From an uncultured Chloroflexia bacterium (GTDB lineage: Bacteria > Chloroflexota > Anaerolineae > Anaerolineales > Villigracilaceae), in NCBI GenBank assembly GCA_963784915.1, contig CAWATK010000005.1, forward strand, positions 18,708 through 82,707: a DNA stretch of 64,000 nucleotides. The letters are read 5' to 3'. The notes beneath the pieces were generated by a model that worked only from the letters and a program-made list of their open reading frames with translations, was not told the origin of the DNA and ran no database searches. Within the stretch, counting starts at the first letter, position 1, and every line of letters begins with the position of its first letter. Of this stretch, positions 9,365 to 18,641 are shown piece by piece. The translations under genes were made by a program, and so were the position numbers.

Positions 9365-9891
9365 CGTTCAACTCCTTGCGGGGCTCTTGCGAGGCGCCGC
9401 ATCGCGACTATCCACATGACTCCCAATAAGCCAGCAGCAAGGATCAATGCAGTCCACGTGCCAGTGGGGAGCATGGCCGGCACATGCTGGAGCAGAATGC
9501 CACCAACCTGTCCAACGACTCTGACTAACGCAAACACCTCGACCGCGTAGACCGTCACTTCACCGAGCCAGGCTGCCGGTGAACGAAGTGCGTTCAGCAT
9601 GGCAGGGCCTGCCAGGGCGTACAACAGGCCCACGCCGATGAGCACCAGGATGACCGTGCCGACGGCTTGGCGCCTGAGCTGCTCACGCCGCCAGGCAGCC
9701 AGTCGAGGCTGAAAGCGTGCTGGGAAGCCCGACGCCGGTGCGACCATGCGAGCGGTATGAAGTGCCAGATTGGAATCGGCGAGACCCGAGCAGATCGTGC
9801 AGTCCCGCAAATGGTTCTGCAGGTCGCGCTGCTGTTGGGATGTGAGAGGCTCCTCGTCCAGTAACCAATTCTCAAAAGGCTGGTGATTCAT
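9361..9891 (-). CDS. Anti-sigma factor (zf-HC2 type) with a transmembrane segment
   Basis: MNHQPFENWLLDEEPLTSQQQRDLQNHLRDCTICSG carries the H-x3-C-x2-C motif and is followed by TM helices. The start at 9891 overlaps the sigma gene end by 20 nt. Confidence 0.75.
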   Translation of the reverse strand: MNHQPFENWLLDEEPLTSQQQRDLQNHLRDCTICSGLADSNLALHTARMVAPASGFPARFQPRLAAWRREQLRRQAVGTVILVLIGVGLLYALAGPAMLNALRSPAAWLGEVTVYAVEVFALVRVVGQVGGILLQHVPAMLPTGTWTALILAAGLLGVMWIVAMRRLARAPQGVER

Positions 9892-10471
9892 GCCGTCTCC
9901 TTTCGGTGCTCTTGCCGGTTCCCTCAGCCTGCCAGAGGCGTCCCAGTTCTCTCCGCGCACGGTGCAGCCGGGATTTGACGGCGCTGACCGTGATGTGCAG
10001 CGTGCTGGCTATCTCAACCTCCGAGCAATCGTGCCAATAACGCAGTACGATGGCGGCACGATCCACCGAATTGAGCTGCTGCAGGAAGAGCTGCATCCTT
10101 TCACGCTGTTCATGGTGAACGAGTTCGTTCTCCGGATTGGGAGCATCGGAATCTGGCAGGTCGATGGAATCGCCGTCCTCACCCTCGTCCGTGGAGACGA
10201 ATGTGAACTTGCGGCGGCGGAGACGATCGATACAGTAGTGGGCCGCAATGGAGAGCAGCCAGGTGGCGAACGGCCGCCCATGATCGTATCGATGCAGGTG
10301 CTGGAAGGCCCGCAGGAAGGTCTCCTGGGAGGCATCTTCCGCCGCCTGAGCCTCGCCCAACATTCGGTAACAGAGATTGTATACGTGGGATTGATAGGCT
10401 TCCACAAGCTGCGTGAAGGCCTCTTCGCTACCCTGCTGCGCCTGCGCGACCAGTGCTCTTTCGTCCTTCAC
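9872..10471 (-). CDS. ECF (sigma-70 family, group 4) RNA polymerase sigma factor
   Basis: Region 2 (FTQLVEAYQSHVYNLCYRMLG...DASQETFLRAF) and region 4 (DRAAIVLRYWHDCSEVEIASTLHITVSAVKSRLHRAR). It has a GTG start with a GGAGAAG Shine-Dalgarno sequence. Confidence 0.9.
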   Translation of the reverse strand: MKDERALVAQAQQGSEEAFTQLVEAYQSHVYNLCYRMLGEAQAAEDASQETFLRAFQHLHRYDHGRPFATWLLSIAAHYCIDRLRRRKFTFVSTDEGEDGDSIDLPDSDAPNPENELVHHEQRERMQLFLQQLNSVDRAAIVLRYWHDCSEVEIASTLHITVSAVKSRLHRARRELGRLWQAEGTGKSTERRRHESPAF

Positions 10472-10500
10472 ATCTTCTCCGACGATCGTCTACGTGATAC

Positions 10501-10525
10501 TACGCAGCGCCGGGCCCAGGGTTGC
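10501..10525 (-). promoter_or_regulatory. Candidate ECF-type autoregulated promoter (GCAAC-N16-CGTA)
   Basis: The minus strand reads GCAAC cctgggcccggcgctg CGTA, about 30 nt upstream of the sigma GTG. It resembles the GAAC...CGT ECF promoter pattern. A second GGAAC lies at 10583-10587. Confidence 0.25.
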
Positions 10526-10596
10526 GCGCAAGTTGACTGGCAGAAACGCATTGAGCCGCCCGCGATTACCCATCCAGACCCCGTTCCATACGGCTT

Positions 10597-11853
10597 CTAT
10601 TGCCGGACCTTCGTGAGAAACCAACTGCTCAGAAGGATGCACGCGGCACCAAAGATGAAGATTCCCTGGTAGCCCAGCCACCCACCCGGCCTAGCGGCGT
10701 TGAGCCAGTCCACGGCGGGCCCCTCCAGGCGCGCCAGGGCCGCGGCTCCTGCGGTGGCGATGTTCGTCAGCCCCATATGGCGCCCTGCCTGCCCGGGCGG
10801 AACCATCCGATTAGCCAGCGCCCAATTGGAGGTCAAGAATAGGCCCATCCCCACCCCAATCAACGAACCGGCACCGTATAAGTTGCCTGGCCGTGCGGAA
10901 AGCAACATCAGCAGCATCCCCACTGATGCCGCGGCGCTTGCGAAGAAGAGAACGCGTTTCGGCCCCAGGCGGTCGGACAACCAGCCCCCGGCGATAACGA
11001 ACAAAATGGTACCGGCACCTATGATCGACAGCAAGTTGCCGGTTTCTCTGGCAGGATCCACAACTCCCAACACATCCTGCAAATAATACTGCCCGAAGGC
11101 CTGCAACCCGTAGACACCCAACAGGAAGGCAGCACGTTCGCCTATGAGCCACCAATAGTCGGGATCGACTTTCATTCCGTCGTTCGGATCTCCGGGAGCA
11201 TCCGTTCCTTCACGCTGACGGTGGATCGCCGATGGCTCCTCATGAGTGCCCAGGATGGTTACTGCCGCGGTTGCACACAGCAGACCTCCGATGACAATGA
11301 ATGTCGCGGTCTGCCCGCCGGGGCCAGTGCTCATCAGCCGACCACAGACGAGTGAGGCCGCCACGAGGCTCACCAGATCGAGGAAGACCTTGATAGAAGA
11401 GGCCACCCCGAGCTGAGCCGGGCGCACGCGATCTCTAAGCAAACCCTGCAGGGGCCCCTGGGCAGTGTTTGAGCTGAATTGCAGTCCTACGTACCCGACA
11501 AAGATCCAGGTAAGCCCGCCGGCCCAGCCAAGGATCAGCAGGAAGACCAGGTCAAACACGGTTCCGAGCAGCATGAGCGGTCGCCTGCGGCCAAAGCGCG
11601 ACAGCCATCGGTCGGAGGCAGCTCCCGCCATGGGCTGGATGACCATTGCGATGACCAGACCCACAAAGGTCAACAGCCCCAGATAGGTATTCTTCCGATC
11701 CGCCGGAACCAGAGCCGCCAACATGGCTGGCAGCACCACCGGGTGCAATGCGTTCCACATGAAGGAAAGCCCGCCCCAGTAGGCGTTTACGGTCAGCATT
11801 GAGGCGGCCGAGGCTGGTTTCTGCAACGCGTCGCTTGAATGGGACTGCTGCAA
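10597..11853 (-). CDS. MFS transporter
   Basis: 418 aa with about 12 predicted TM helices and an MFS-like loop (AASDRWLSRFGRRRP). The start is uncertain: TTG at 11853 or ATG at 11799. Confidence 0.8.
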   Translation of the reverse strand: MQQSHSSDALQKPASAASMLTVNAYWGGLSFMWNALHPVVLPAMLAALVPADRKNTYLGLLTFVGLVIAMVIQPMAGAASDRWLSRFGRRRPLMLLGTVFDLVFLLILGWAGGLTWIFVGYVGLQFSSNTAQGPLQGLLRDRVRPAQLGVASSIKVFLDLVSLVAASLVCGRLMSTGPGGQTATFIVIGGLLCATAAVTILGTHEEPSAIHRQREGTDAPGDPNDGMKVDPDYWWLIGERAAFLLGVYGLQAFGQYYLQDVLGVVDPARETGNLLSIIGAGTILFVIAGGWLSDRLGPKRVLFFASAAASVGMLLMLLSARPGNLYGAGSLIGVGMGLFLTSNWALANRMVPPGQAGRHMGLTNIATAGAAALARLEGPAVDWLNAARPGGWLGYQGIFIFGAACILLSSWFLTKVRQ

Positions 11854-11865
11854 GGTGCTGGCGCT

Positions 11866-13256
11866 CTACGGGGAAAGGTCCCGGGCAGTCCTGTCCATAA
11901 TGGCAAGCACCTCAGCCACGCGGCCCGCCGGCGTGTTTGATCGGAACATGGCATCGAAGCCATCCCCGATCATGATGCGCACCTGACGCCAGGAAGCGAG
12001 CTGCGGCTGTTCCCAACCTTGAGGGATCAGGGCCACGGCGGCAACCCACTGAGGGTGGCTGCGCGCGTAGTCGCGCAGATCCTCCTGGAGTGAAGTTCGG
12101 AGCGGGAACAAGCCCGTGACTTCCACCCACTCCCTCTGTTGTTCGGATTCCAGCATCCAGCGTATGAACAGCCAGGATGCGAGCTGCTCCTGCGGCGTGG
12201 AGCGCAGCATCACGAAGGATGATCCGTATACCATCATCCCGCTCTGATCCGCGCCGGGGAACGCGAGCACGGTCCAGTCATCTGTGTTCTCGGCCGCTGC
12301 CATCGCGCGGCCCTGTTCGGAGAGCTCCTCCAACGAGGCCGTGCCGAACAGGGCCTGACGGGTTGCGAAGGCCGCGGCTGGACCTTCCCCGGCCGGCGCG
12401 ATCCAACTACATCCATCATCATAAAGTTGCTTGAGGAAGACCGTTGCTTCCAGATTCCGCGGACTCAGAAACCTGTACCCGCGCCGTCGAGGACCCCACC
12501 TCCAAACACCGAGAGCCATGATAAGAACGTCATCGCGTCCGCGCGCATGAGCCAGCCACCCCGCTGATCGTTGGCCGCGTCATCGTCCCAATTCAACGCG
12601 CCATGGGCAGCACACGCCTGCTCGCGGAACTCCTGTGGATTGCGGGGCGGATCGGAAAAGCCCAGCTCCGTTGCCCACGTCCGGTTGTAAACAAGGAGGC
12701 TCGACGAGCGCTGTGCCGGCAGTCCCAGCCGCCGTGCCTCCAACCGATCCTGGTCCAGGAAAATCGACGGGTAGTCCTTGAGTTCGCTGTCGTTAAACCC
12801 ATAACCTGGATCAGAGAAGTATGCCGTCAGGTCGACCACGAACCCTTCGGCATCCCAAGCCAGAGCGTGTTCGGGCATGGCGATGGCCAGGTCGGGTCCT
12901 TCGTTTCCGGGCAGGGCCTCGGTCACGTCGTTGTAGAGTTCGGTGAAGCCAGTGTGTCCTTTCGTGCGGACTGTAATGCCCCACTCGTTCTTCTGATTGA
13001 ACTCAGCCACCTGCGAGTCGATAAGCCCGGCCTCGGGGCCATACCAGGGATGCCACACCTGAATACCTACCCCTTCGAGGTTCATGCTGACCGCAGGTGT
13101 CTGCGGCCGTGGGGCGGCCCTATCGGTTGCGGATGGCGTGGCCGCCGCGGTCGTGGCAGGCGTGCCCCCACTCACCGTTGGCTGGCACGCTGCAGAGGTT
13201 ATGATGACAAGAAGAAGCGCCACTCTCGCGCTCCGGGGTGCGCCGGTTCGGGTCAT
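11866..13256 (-). CDS. ABC transporter extracellular solute-binding protein (lipoprotein-like N-terminus); frameshift near 12470-12485
   Basis: Two abutting ORFs join as ...FGGGVLDGAGTG / YRFLSPRNLEATVFLKQLYDDG.... The N-terminus LLLVIITSAAC looks like a lipobox. The overall SBP family-1 character was judged by eye. Confidence 0.75.
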
Positions 13257-14447
13257 GGCGCGGCAAAGATCGAAAAGGGGACCGGGCTAAATGTCAGAAG
13301 AAGCACAACGATCATAAGCACGGCCACGGCCAGCCGCGGACGATCCAGAGGCGTGATCTGGTCCAGCGGCTCGGCTTGCACCCGTCCGAGCCATAGCAGA
13401 AGGATCGCCCAGATCCACCATCCATTCCAGAAGAATCCCAGGGCCAGAAGCGCTACCAGAATGAAGGGGAACATCCGGCGGGCTCGTGTGCCAAACAGAG
13501 CGTACACCACGTGGCCCCCGTCCAGAGTCCCGGCCGGTATGAGGTTCAGGGCCGTAACCAGCAGGCCGGCCCAGCCGGCGAAGGCTACGGGGTGAATGAA
13601 CACGTCGGTGGCCCCCAGCGGCACGGGCTGACCCGTGAAGAAGTATCGAACCCAGTAGAGCAGCGGCGATGCAGCGCCGAAATCCACCGGAGCGGGCAGC
13701 AACTTTCCGAACATAAGGTATTTTGCCGCCAGATAGACCACCGAGTTGCCTTCCATCTGCACCATGCCATCCACGCCCTGGATCAGGCCCAGATGCGACA
13801 GTGAAAGGCCGAGGAAGAGAATGGGTATGGCCACCACCAGCCCCGCCAGTGGACCCGCCACGCCGATGTCAAAGAGCACCCGTTTGTTCTTTGGGGTGGC
13901 CTGCATCAAGATCGCTGCGCCCATCGTTCCCAACGGCGGCAAAGGGAGGGGAATGAAGTAGGGAAGGGTCGCCCGCGTCTTGTGGTGGCGACTCATGAGG
14001 TAATGTCCGAATTCGTGGGCCAACAAAATCGACATCAGGCTGGCTGCATAGGGCCATCCGGTCAGGATCGACCTCGCCATAAACCAGAGCTGTCCCAGGA
14101 AGTCGGCTGGCGGCGTGCCCTGAGGCTGGGCGCCGACCAGCATCACACTCAACACTGTCAGCGCAAACAGAATGATGTTGACGGATATGCCGCGCCGGCT
14201 TCGCCTCGGGCTTTCGTGGAACCAGGTATATCACTGGTTGATCCCCGTCCTTGCGAAATAGCGGAGTGATCTCGAAAGCCCGCAGTGCTTCGGCAAGTTG
14301 ATCGTAGGCCGCGACGGTATCGTCGCCCAGGAAGTGCCCGCGATACCGCGCCAGCAGTCCGCGCGCCGGTTCTCCCAGAGTCACATCGTCAATGTGAAAG
14401 ACGCGGCCAACCAACTGATTCAAGAATTCTGATTCGGGGTAGGGCAT
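13253..14447 (-). CDS. Site-2 protease family (peptidase M50) membrane metalloprotease; frameshift near 14190-14200
   Basis: HEFGHYLMSRHH (HExxH) sits in a polytopic protein. The N-terminal 85 aa (MPYPESEFLNQL...VPRKPEAKP) are in another frame and join ...GISVNIILFALTVLSV. The stop overlaps the SBP ATG. Confidence 0.8.
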
Positions 14448-14571
14448 TCGCCTCCTTGGGCGATGGGCTGTGAAACGGAGTGCGGTCGCTGCAACTGCGC
14501 AAGTGATCCAGGCAGGATTCGCGCTCCAGCTATGGTCTCCAGGGGGTTGGCAGATCCGCCTGCCGGCGAAG

Positions 14572-14665
14572 CGGGAGTGGATGGGAGTTGAACCCACCGC
14601 GGCCCGCTACGCGACCCGCCACAGGTTTTGAAGACCAGGAAGCCCGCCGGGACTTTACCACTCCC
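14572..14665 (-). tRNA. selC: tRNA-Sec (anticodon UCA), canonical bacterial 8/5 fold, CCA not encoded
   Basis: Hand-folded. Acceptor 8 bp GGGAGTGG/CCACTCCC; D stem 6 bp AAGTCC/GGGCTT with a 4-nt loop; anticodon loop CTTCAAA; variable arm about 22 nt (GCGG-G-TCGC gta GCGG-G-CCGC); T stem GTGGG/CCCAT with loop TTCAACT; discriminator G. Confidence 0.8.
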
Positions 14666-14672
14666 GCCAACA

Positions 14673-14701
14673 AGCATAATCGAGGCAAGTGGGCTTGGCA
14701 A
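14673..14701 (-). promoter_or_regulatory. Sigma70-like promoter for tRNA-Sec (TTGCCA-N17-TATGCT)
   Basis: On the minus strand, TTGCCA (14701-14696), a 17-nt spacer and TATGCT (14678-14673). The -10 element ends 7 nt before the mature 5' G. Confidence 0.35.
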
Positions 14702-14723
14702 GTAGCGCCACTTTCCTGCCACG

Positions 14724-15068
14724 CTAATGGGCCCATTGACGAAGTGCCTCCACCAGTCGCAGGCCAAGCACAAGCACAACCACCGCGCAGAAGGCCGTGA
14801 TCAATAGACCTGCGATGCCCGCGGCCATTCCCGTGATCGTCATCCCCTTTTCTGCGGTAGAAAGCGTCTTGAACCTCTTCAGGGCTCGAACTCCATGCGC
14901 CGCCGTCACCACGGTTAGGATGGCCGCGCCCGGAAAGCAGAGATATCCGGTCAGTGGCACAGGAATGATCGCGATGCAGACGGCCAGAAGCGCCATCAGA
15001 CCGGTAACGAAGCTAACGACCGCGTTGCGGTCGATGGGTCGCTGAGTCGGTTGCAGGTCAGAGGTCAT
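14724..15068 (-). CDS. Small membrane protein, DUF4190-like
   Basis: MTSDLQPTQRPIDRNAVVSFVTGLMALLAV...AAHGVRALKRFKTLSTAEKGMTITGMAAGIAGLL has two hydrophobic hairpins around a basic loop. The start was chosen at the internal ATG at 15068. Confidence 0.5.
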   Translation of the reverse strand: MTSDLQPTQRPIDRNAVVSFVTGLMALLAVCIAIIPVPLTGYLCFPGAAILTVVTAAHGVRALKRFKTLSTAEKGMTITGMAAGIAGLLITAFCAVVVLVLGLRLVEALRQWAH

Positions 15069-15081
15069 ATGCCTAGAAGAA

Positions 15082-15111
15082 GTCCCCAAAGGCTATAAAG
15101 CCTTCGGGGAC
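15082..15111 (-). terminator. Hairpin terminator downstream of tRNA-Pro
   Basis: A 12-bp stem (GTCCCCGAAGGC/GCCTTTGGGGAC on the minus strand, with one G-U pair there but an A-C mismatch on the plus strand) is followed by UUCUUCU. It starts 4 nt after the tRNA 3' end. Confidence 0.45.
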
Positions 15112-15114
15112 CAC

Positions 15115-15192
15115 TGGTCGGGGCGCCGGGAATTGAACCCGGGACCTCTTGCACCCCATGCAAGCGCGCTAGCCGGACTGCGCCACGCCCCG
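15115..15192 (-). tRNA. tRNA-Pro (anticodon GGG), CCA encoded
   Basis: Cloverleaf folded by hand. Acceptor CGGGGCG/CGCCCCG; D arm GCGC-AGTCCGGCTA-GCGC; anticodon arm CTTGC-ATGGGGT-GCAAG; T arm CCGGG-TTCAATT-CCCGG; A73-CCA. Confidence 0.9.
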
Positions 15193-15203
15193 ACAACCAA
15201 TTG

Positions 15204-15232
15204 ATTATAGTCTCAATCGTGCAAATCGGCAA
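15204..15232 (-). promoter_or_regulatory. Sigma70-like promoter for tRNA-Pro (TTGCCG-N17-TATAAT)
   Basis: On the minus strand, TTGCCG (15232-15227), a 17-nt spacer and a perfect TATAAT (15209-15204). The mature tRNA 5' end is 11 nt downstream. Confidence 0.45.
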
Positions 15233-15245
15233 ACGCAGCGGCGGA

Positions 15246-16295
15246 ATGCCCGCGAGTTATAATGGTCGCGTGATTCCCGAGTCCAAGCGCCAGATTGACC
15301 CCACTCCGAAGCCCGGCGATCGCGTTGATCATGCCTTGCGGCCGCGCACGCTGGTTGAAGTGATCGGCCAGCAGCAGCTTCGACAGAACCTTGAAATCCT
15401 CATTGGCGCGGCTCGCCAGCGCGGCGATGCATTGGACCATGTTCTCTTCTATGGACCTCCGGGATTGGGGAAGACGACGCTGGCGCATGTCGTTGCGAAC
15501 GAGATGGGCGTCAGCATCAAGGTCACGTCCGGACCGGCTATTGAGCGGCCTGGGGATCTTGCGGCGATACTCACCGGTCTGCGCGCCGGAGATATTCTCT
15601 TCATTGACGAGATCCACCGCCTGGGCCGAGTGGTGGAAGAAGTGCTCTATCCCGCCATGGAGGAGTATGCCCTCGATATCGTCATCGGAAAAGGGCCGTC
15701 TGCCCGTTCCATCCGTCTGAATCTTCCCCGATTTACTCTTGTGGGCGCCACTACCCGCCTGGCTCTCGTGACCGCGCCACTGCGGGCGCGCTTTGGCGCC
15801 GTTTATAGGCTGGACTACTACGGCTTGGAAGACATGCAGGCGGTGGTAGACCGGGCGGCGGGCCTCCTGAATGTGCGTGTGGATCCCAGCGGTGTGGAGG
15901 AGATCGCTCGCCGCGGACGCGGCACGCCACGCGTGGCGTTGCGTTTGCTCCGCCGGGTTCGGGATTTCGCGGAGGTGCGCTCCAACGGCGAAGTGACGTC
16001 AGTCATCGCACGCCAGGCTCTTGACCTGATGCAAGTCGATGCCCTTGGCCTGGATGACGTCGACCGCCGTGTTCTGAGATTGATCATCGAGAAACACGGC
16101 GGGGGCCCGGTCGGCCTCAACACGATAGCCGCATCCGTGAGCGAAGAGCAGGACACGATCATGGATGTGGTCGAGCCATACCTGTTACAACTCGGATTTC
16201 TGGATCGCAGCCCGCAAGGACGCATCGCGACGCGCTCCGCCTATGATCACCTGGGCGTGCCGTATCGCGAAGATGGCCAGCCGCGACTGATCTGA
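15246..16295 (+). CDS. ruvB: Holliday junction branch migration DNA helicase RuvB
   Basis: [15 protein letters not shown], Walker [10 protein letters not shown], Walker [11 protein letters not shown], and the C-terminal winged helix ...[14 protein letters not shown]. The ATG at 15246 was chosen within the longer ORF. Confidence 0.95.
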   Translation: MPASYNGRVIPESKRQIDPTPKPGDRVDHALRPRTLVEVIGQQQLRQNLEILIGAARQRGDALDHVLFYGPPGLGKTTLAHVVANEMGVSIKVTSGPAIERPGDLAAILTGLRAGDILFIDEIHRLGRVVEEVLYPAMEEYALDIVIGKGPSARSIRLNLPRFTLVGATTRLALVTAPLRARFGAVYRLDYYGLEDMQAVVDRAAGLLNVRVDPSGVEEIARRGRGTPRVALRLLRRVRDFAEVRSNGEVTSVIARQALDLMQVDALGLDDVDRRVLRLIIEKHGGGPVGLNTIAASVSEEQDTIMDVVEPYLLQLGFLDRSPQGRIATRSAYDHLGVPYREDGQPRLI

Positions 16296-16313
16296 AATCG
16301 CGGACGAGATCAC

Positions 16314-16541
16314 ATGGTCAATCTGGGTAGGCTTCTGCTAGTCGCCGGCGTCAGCTTCGTCGTGTTGGGAGCGCTGCTGCTTCTGGCAAGCGAGCTTGGG
16401 CTCGGGATTGGCGGCCTGCCCGGCGATATCCGGATCGAGACCCATGGCGGCGAATTCTACGTCCCAGTCGCCACCTCACTCCTCCTGTCACTGCTGATGA
16501 CCATCCTACTAAATGTGCTGATCAGGATTCTTCGAAAGTAG
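16314..16541 (+). CDS. DUF2905 family small membrane protein
   Basis: 75 aa: LGRLLLVAGVSFVVLGALLLL...LPGDIRIE...FYVPVATSLLLSLLMTILLNVL fits the DUF2905 pattern. Confidence 0.7.
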   Translation: MVNLGRLLLVAGVSFVVLGALLLLASELGLGIGGLPGDIRIETHGGEFYVPVATSLLLSLLMTILLNVLIRILRK

Positions 16542-16570
16542 ATCCGCTCCAGCGTCCCCTCGGCCTCACC

Positions 16571-17614
16571 GTGACCACGCGCTCCCCTGTCCGAACATCC
16601 CTCTTCGACTATGACCTGCCGAAGCACATGATCGCGCAGACTCCGATCGAACCGCGAGACGCTTCACGGCTGCTGGTGCTGCATCGAAGAGACGGACATA
16701 TCCAACACCGGGTCTTTCGCGACGTTGGGGAATACCTGCACCGGGGCGATCTGCTGGTGCTGAATCAAACAAGGGTGATCCCGGCGCGCCTTTATGGAAA
16801 GAAACCGACTGGAGGTAGGGTTGAATTACTCCTGATCCGCAGACAGGATGACACGACCTGGCAAGTCCTCCTTGGCGGCACGGGATTGTCGGTAGGCAAG
16901 GTGATCGAAGTTGAACCCGGGTTCGAGGCGCAGGTGATCTCTGACCTGGGCGGATCGCAGCGCCTCGTGCGGTTCACGGCTCCGATTGAGGAGTTACTCA
17001 AGAGAGCGGGGCACGTCCCGCTGCCTCCTTATATCCACCGGGGACTTGACGATCCGGAGCGCTATCAAACGGTCTATGCACGTGAGCCCGGATCGGCCGC
17101 GGCTCCAACCGCCGGCTTGCACTTTACGCCGCAGCTGCTGGAGAGCCTCAAGCAACAAGGGGTGCAGCGCGCGTTCGTGACCCTGCACGTGGGCTTGGAT
17201 ACCTTCCTTCCCGTGACGGAAGAAGACGCCGCCAACCACAACATTCACACAGAGTGGTGCAGCGTACCGATCACGGCTACGACAGCCATTAACCGCACTC
17301 GCGACCGCCGTGGCGGGATCATCGCAGTCGGCACCACATCGGTCCGGTCCCTGGAAGCGGCAGCGCGCCACTCGTATTTGGGACGATCCTCGCGGATCGC
17401 GCCGTATGCCGGCGATACGGATCTATACGTATTGCCGGGATACGAGTTCAGACTGGTGAATGCGATGATCACCAATTTCCATCTTCCCAGATCTACCCTG
17501 CTCATGCTTGTGAGCGCCTTCGCCGGGCGCGAATTGATCCTGCACGCATATGAAGTTGCCAAGCGCGAGGGATACCGCTTCTACTCGTTCGGCGACGCGA
17601 TGCTCATTCTGTGA
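16571..17614 (+). CDS. queA: S-adenosylmethionine:tRNA ribosyltransferase-isomerase QueA
   Basis: LFDYDLPKHMIAQTPIEPRDASRLL, GSAAAPTAGLHFT, VGTTSVRSLE and ITNFHLPRSTLLMLVSAF are hallmark QueA segments. Confidence 0.95.
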   Translation: MTTRSPVRTSLFDYDLPKHMIAQTPIEPRDASRLLVLHRRDGHIQHRVFRDVGEYLHRGDLLVLNQTRVIPARLYGKKPTGGRVELLLIRRQDDTTWQVLLGGTGLSVGKVIEVEPGFEAQVISDLGGSQRLVRFTAPIEELLKRAGHVPLPPYIHRGLDDPERYQTVYAREPGSAAAPTAGLHFTPQLLESLKQQGVQRAFVTLHVGLDTFLPVTEEDAANHNIHTEWCSVPITATTAINRTRDRRGGIIAVGTTSVRSLEAAARHSYLGRSSRIAPYAGDTDLYVLPGYEFRLVNAMITNFHLPRSTLLMLVSAFAGRELILHAYEVAKREGYRFYSFGDAMLIL

Positions 17615-17639
17615 TTCCCCCGTCAGTTTGGCAGGCGCG

Positions 17640-18578
17640 CTACTTCAAAACACGCCGCGCCTTGGCGGGTTTCACCTTTGCCGCACCGTCCATCCGATCT
17701 GCCAGGATCATCTTTCCCATCTCATTCCCGTATTCGATCAGTAGAGGCATGGCGGCCGGATCGTCCATCGGGAGCGCCTCCTCCATGTCCACCTGGAAGC
17801 GCCTGAAATCCAGTTTGTTGAAGAACGTATCCACCAGCCGCACCTGCTGATCGCTGGCCGACGTCAGGAAGGCGTCCAGGACGGGTTCCACCCAGTCCCA
17901 TGGCGCCATCCGATTGGGTTCGCCGGGCCGCATGGCGTTGGGGCTGCGACCCGTTCCCAGGCTTAGCAAGGTGGTCTCCTCTGGATCCCAGCCAAGGCAG
18001 AAGCTGAGTTCGTATGCGGCCAAATAGCATGGATTGGCGTACGAGCCAACTCCACCGTCGATGTAGCGCCCCTCCACAGCTGGGAAGTAGGTGGGCACAC
18101 AACTGGACGCCAGGACGGCCTTGACGAGTGACCAGTCCTGGTACTGGAGCTTCCAGGGCTTGATAAAGCAGGTCTCATTTGTGAGCAAATCGAACGACGT
18201 GATGACGATGTCCCTGAGCGCCAGGTCCTTCCACAAGTCCTTCAGGCGCATATCTCCAAACTGCGCCATCAGCGCCCGCTCCAGCGGTCGCAAGCTGTAG
18301 CGGTATCTCGTGATGGGGAACAGGAAGGTGCGCCAGCCTTGCGCGAATATGTCGTCGCCCAACTCCTCATACAGTTCGTGGATCCGCTTTGCGGTCATGC
18401 CGGATGCCAGGCTGGCTGAGATGATCGCACCGGTCGAAGTCCCGGCATACAGGCGGGAGAGCTCATGCAGGGGGCGCTCCAGTTTCTCTTCCAGCATGCT
18501 CAGAGCCTTCGTGACGATCACTCCGCGTATCCCGCCGCCATCGATGGCAATCGCCAGGTTCTTTCTGAACGGTTTCAT
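17640..18578 (-). CDS. Patatin-like phospholipase
   Basis: GGGIRG oxyanion motif, GTSTGA nucleophile elbow and DGGVGSYANP catalytic Asp motif. Confidence 0.85.
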   Translation of the reverse strand: MKPFRKNLAIAIDGGGIRGVIVTKALSMLEEKLERPLHELSRLYAGTSTGAIISASLASGMTAKRIHELYEELGDDIFAQGWRTFLFPITRYRYSLRPLERALMAQFGDMRLKDLWKDLALRDIVITSFDLLTNETCFIKPWKLQYQDWSLVKAVLASSCVPTYFPAVEGRYIDGGVGSYANPCYLAAYELSFCLGWDPEETTLLSLGTGRSPNAMRPGEPNRMAPWDWVEPVLDAFLTSASDQQVRLVDTFFNKLDFRRFQVDMEEALPMDDPAAMPLLIEYGNEMGKMILADRMDGAAKVKPAKARRVLK

Positions 18579-18641
18579 GGGCTCTCCTGTATCCGAGGCA
18601 GTTTAACTCATATCGCCTCAATCTCAAAGTAGAATGATGCC

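Noticed and set aside
17640-18578. Patatin-like phospholipase as a CBASS or other defence effector.
   Set aside because: It stands alone between queA and a UDG gene. No cyclase, sensor, E1/E2-like or other defence partner gene is adjacent.
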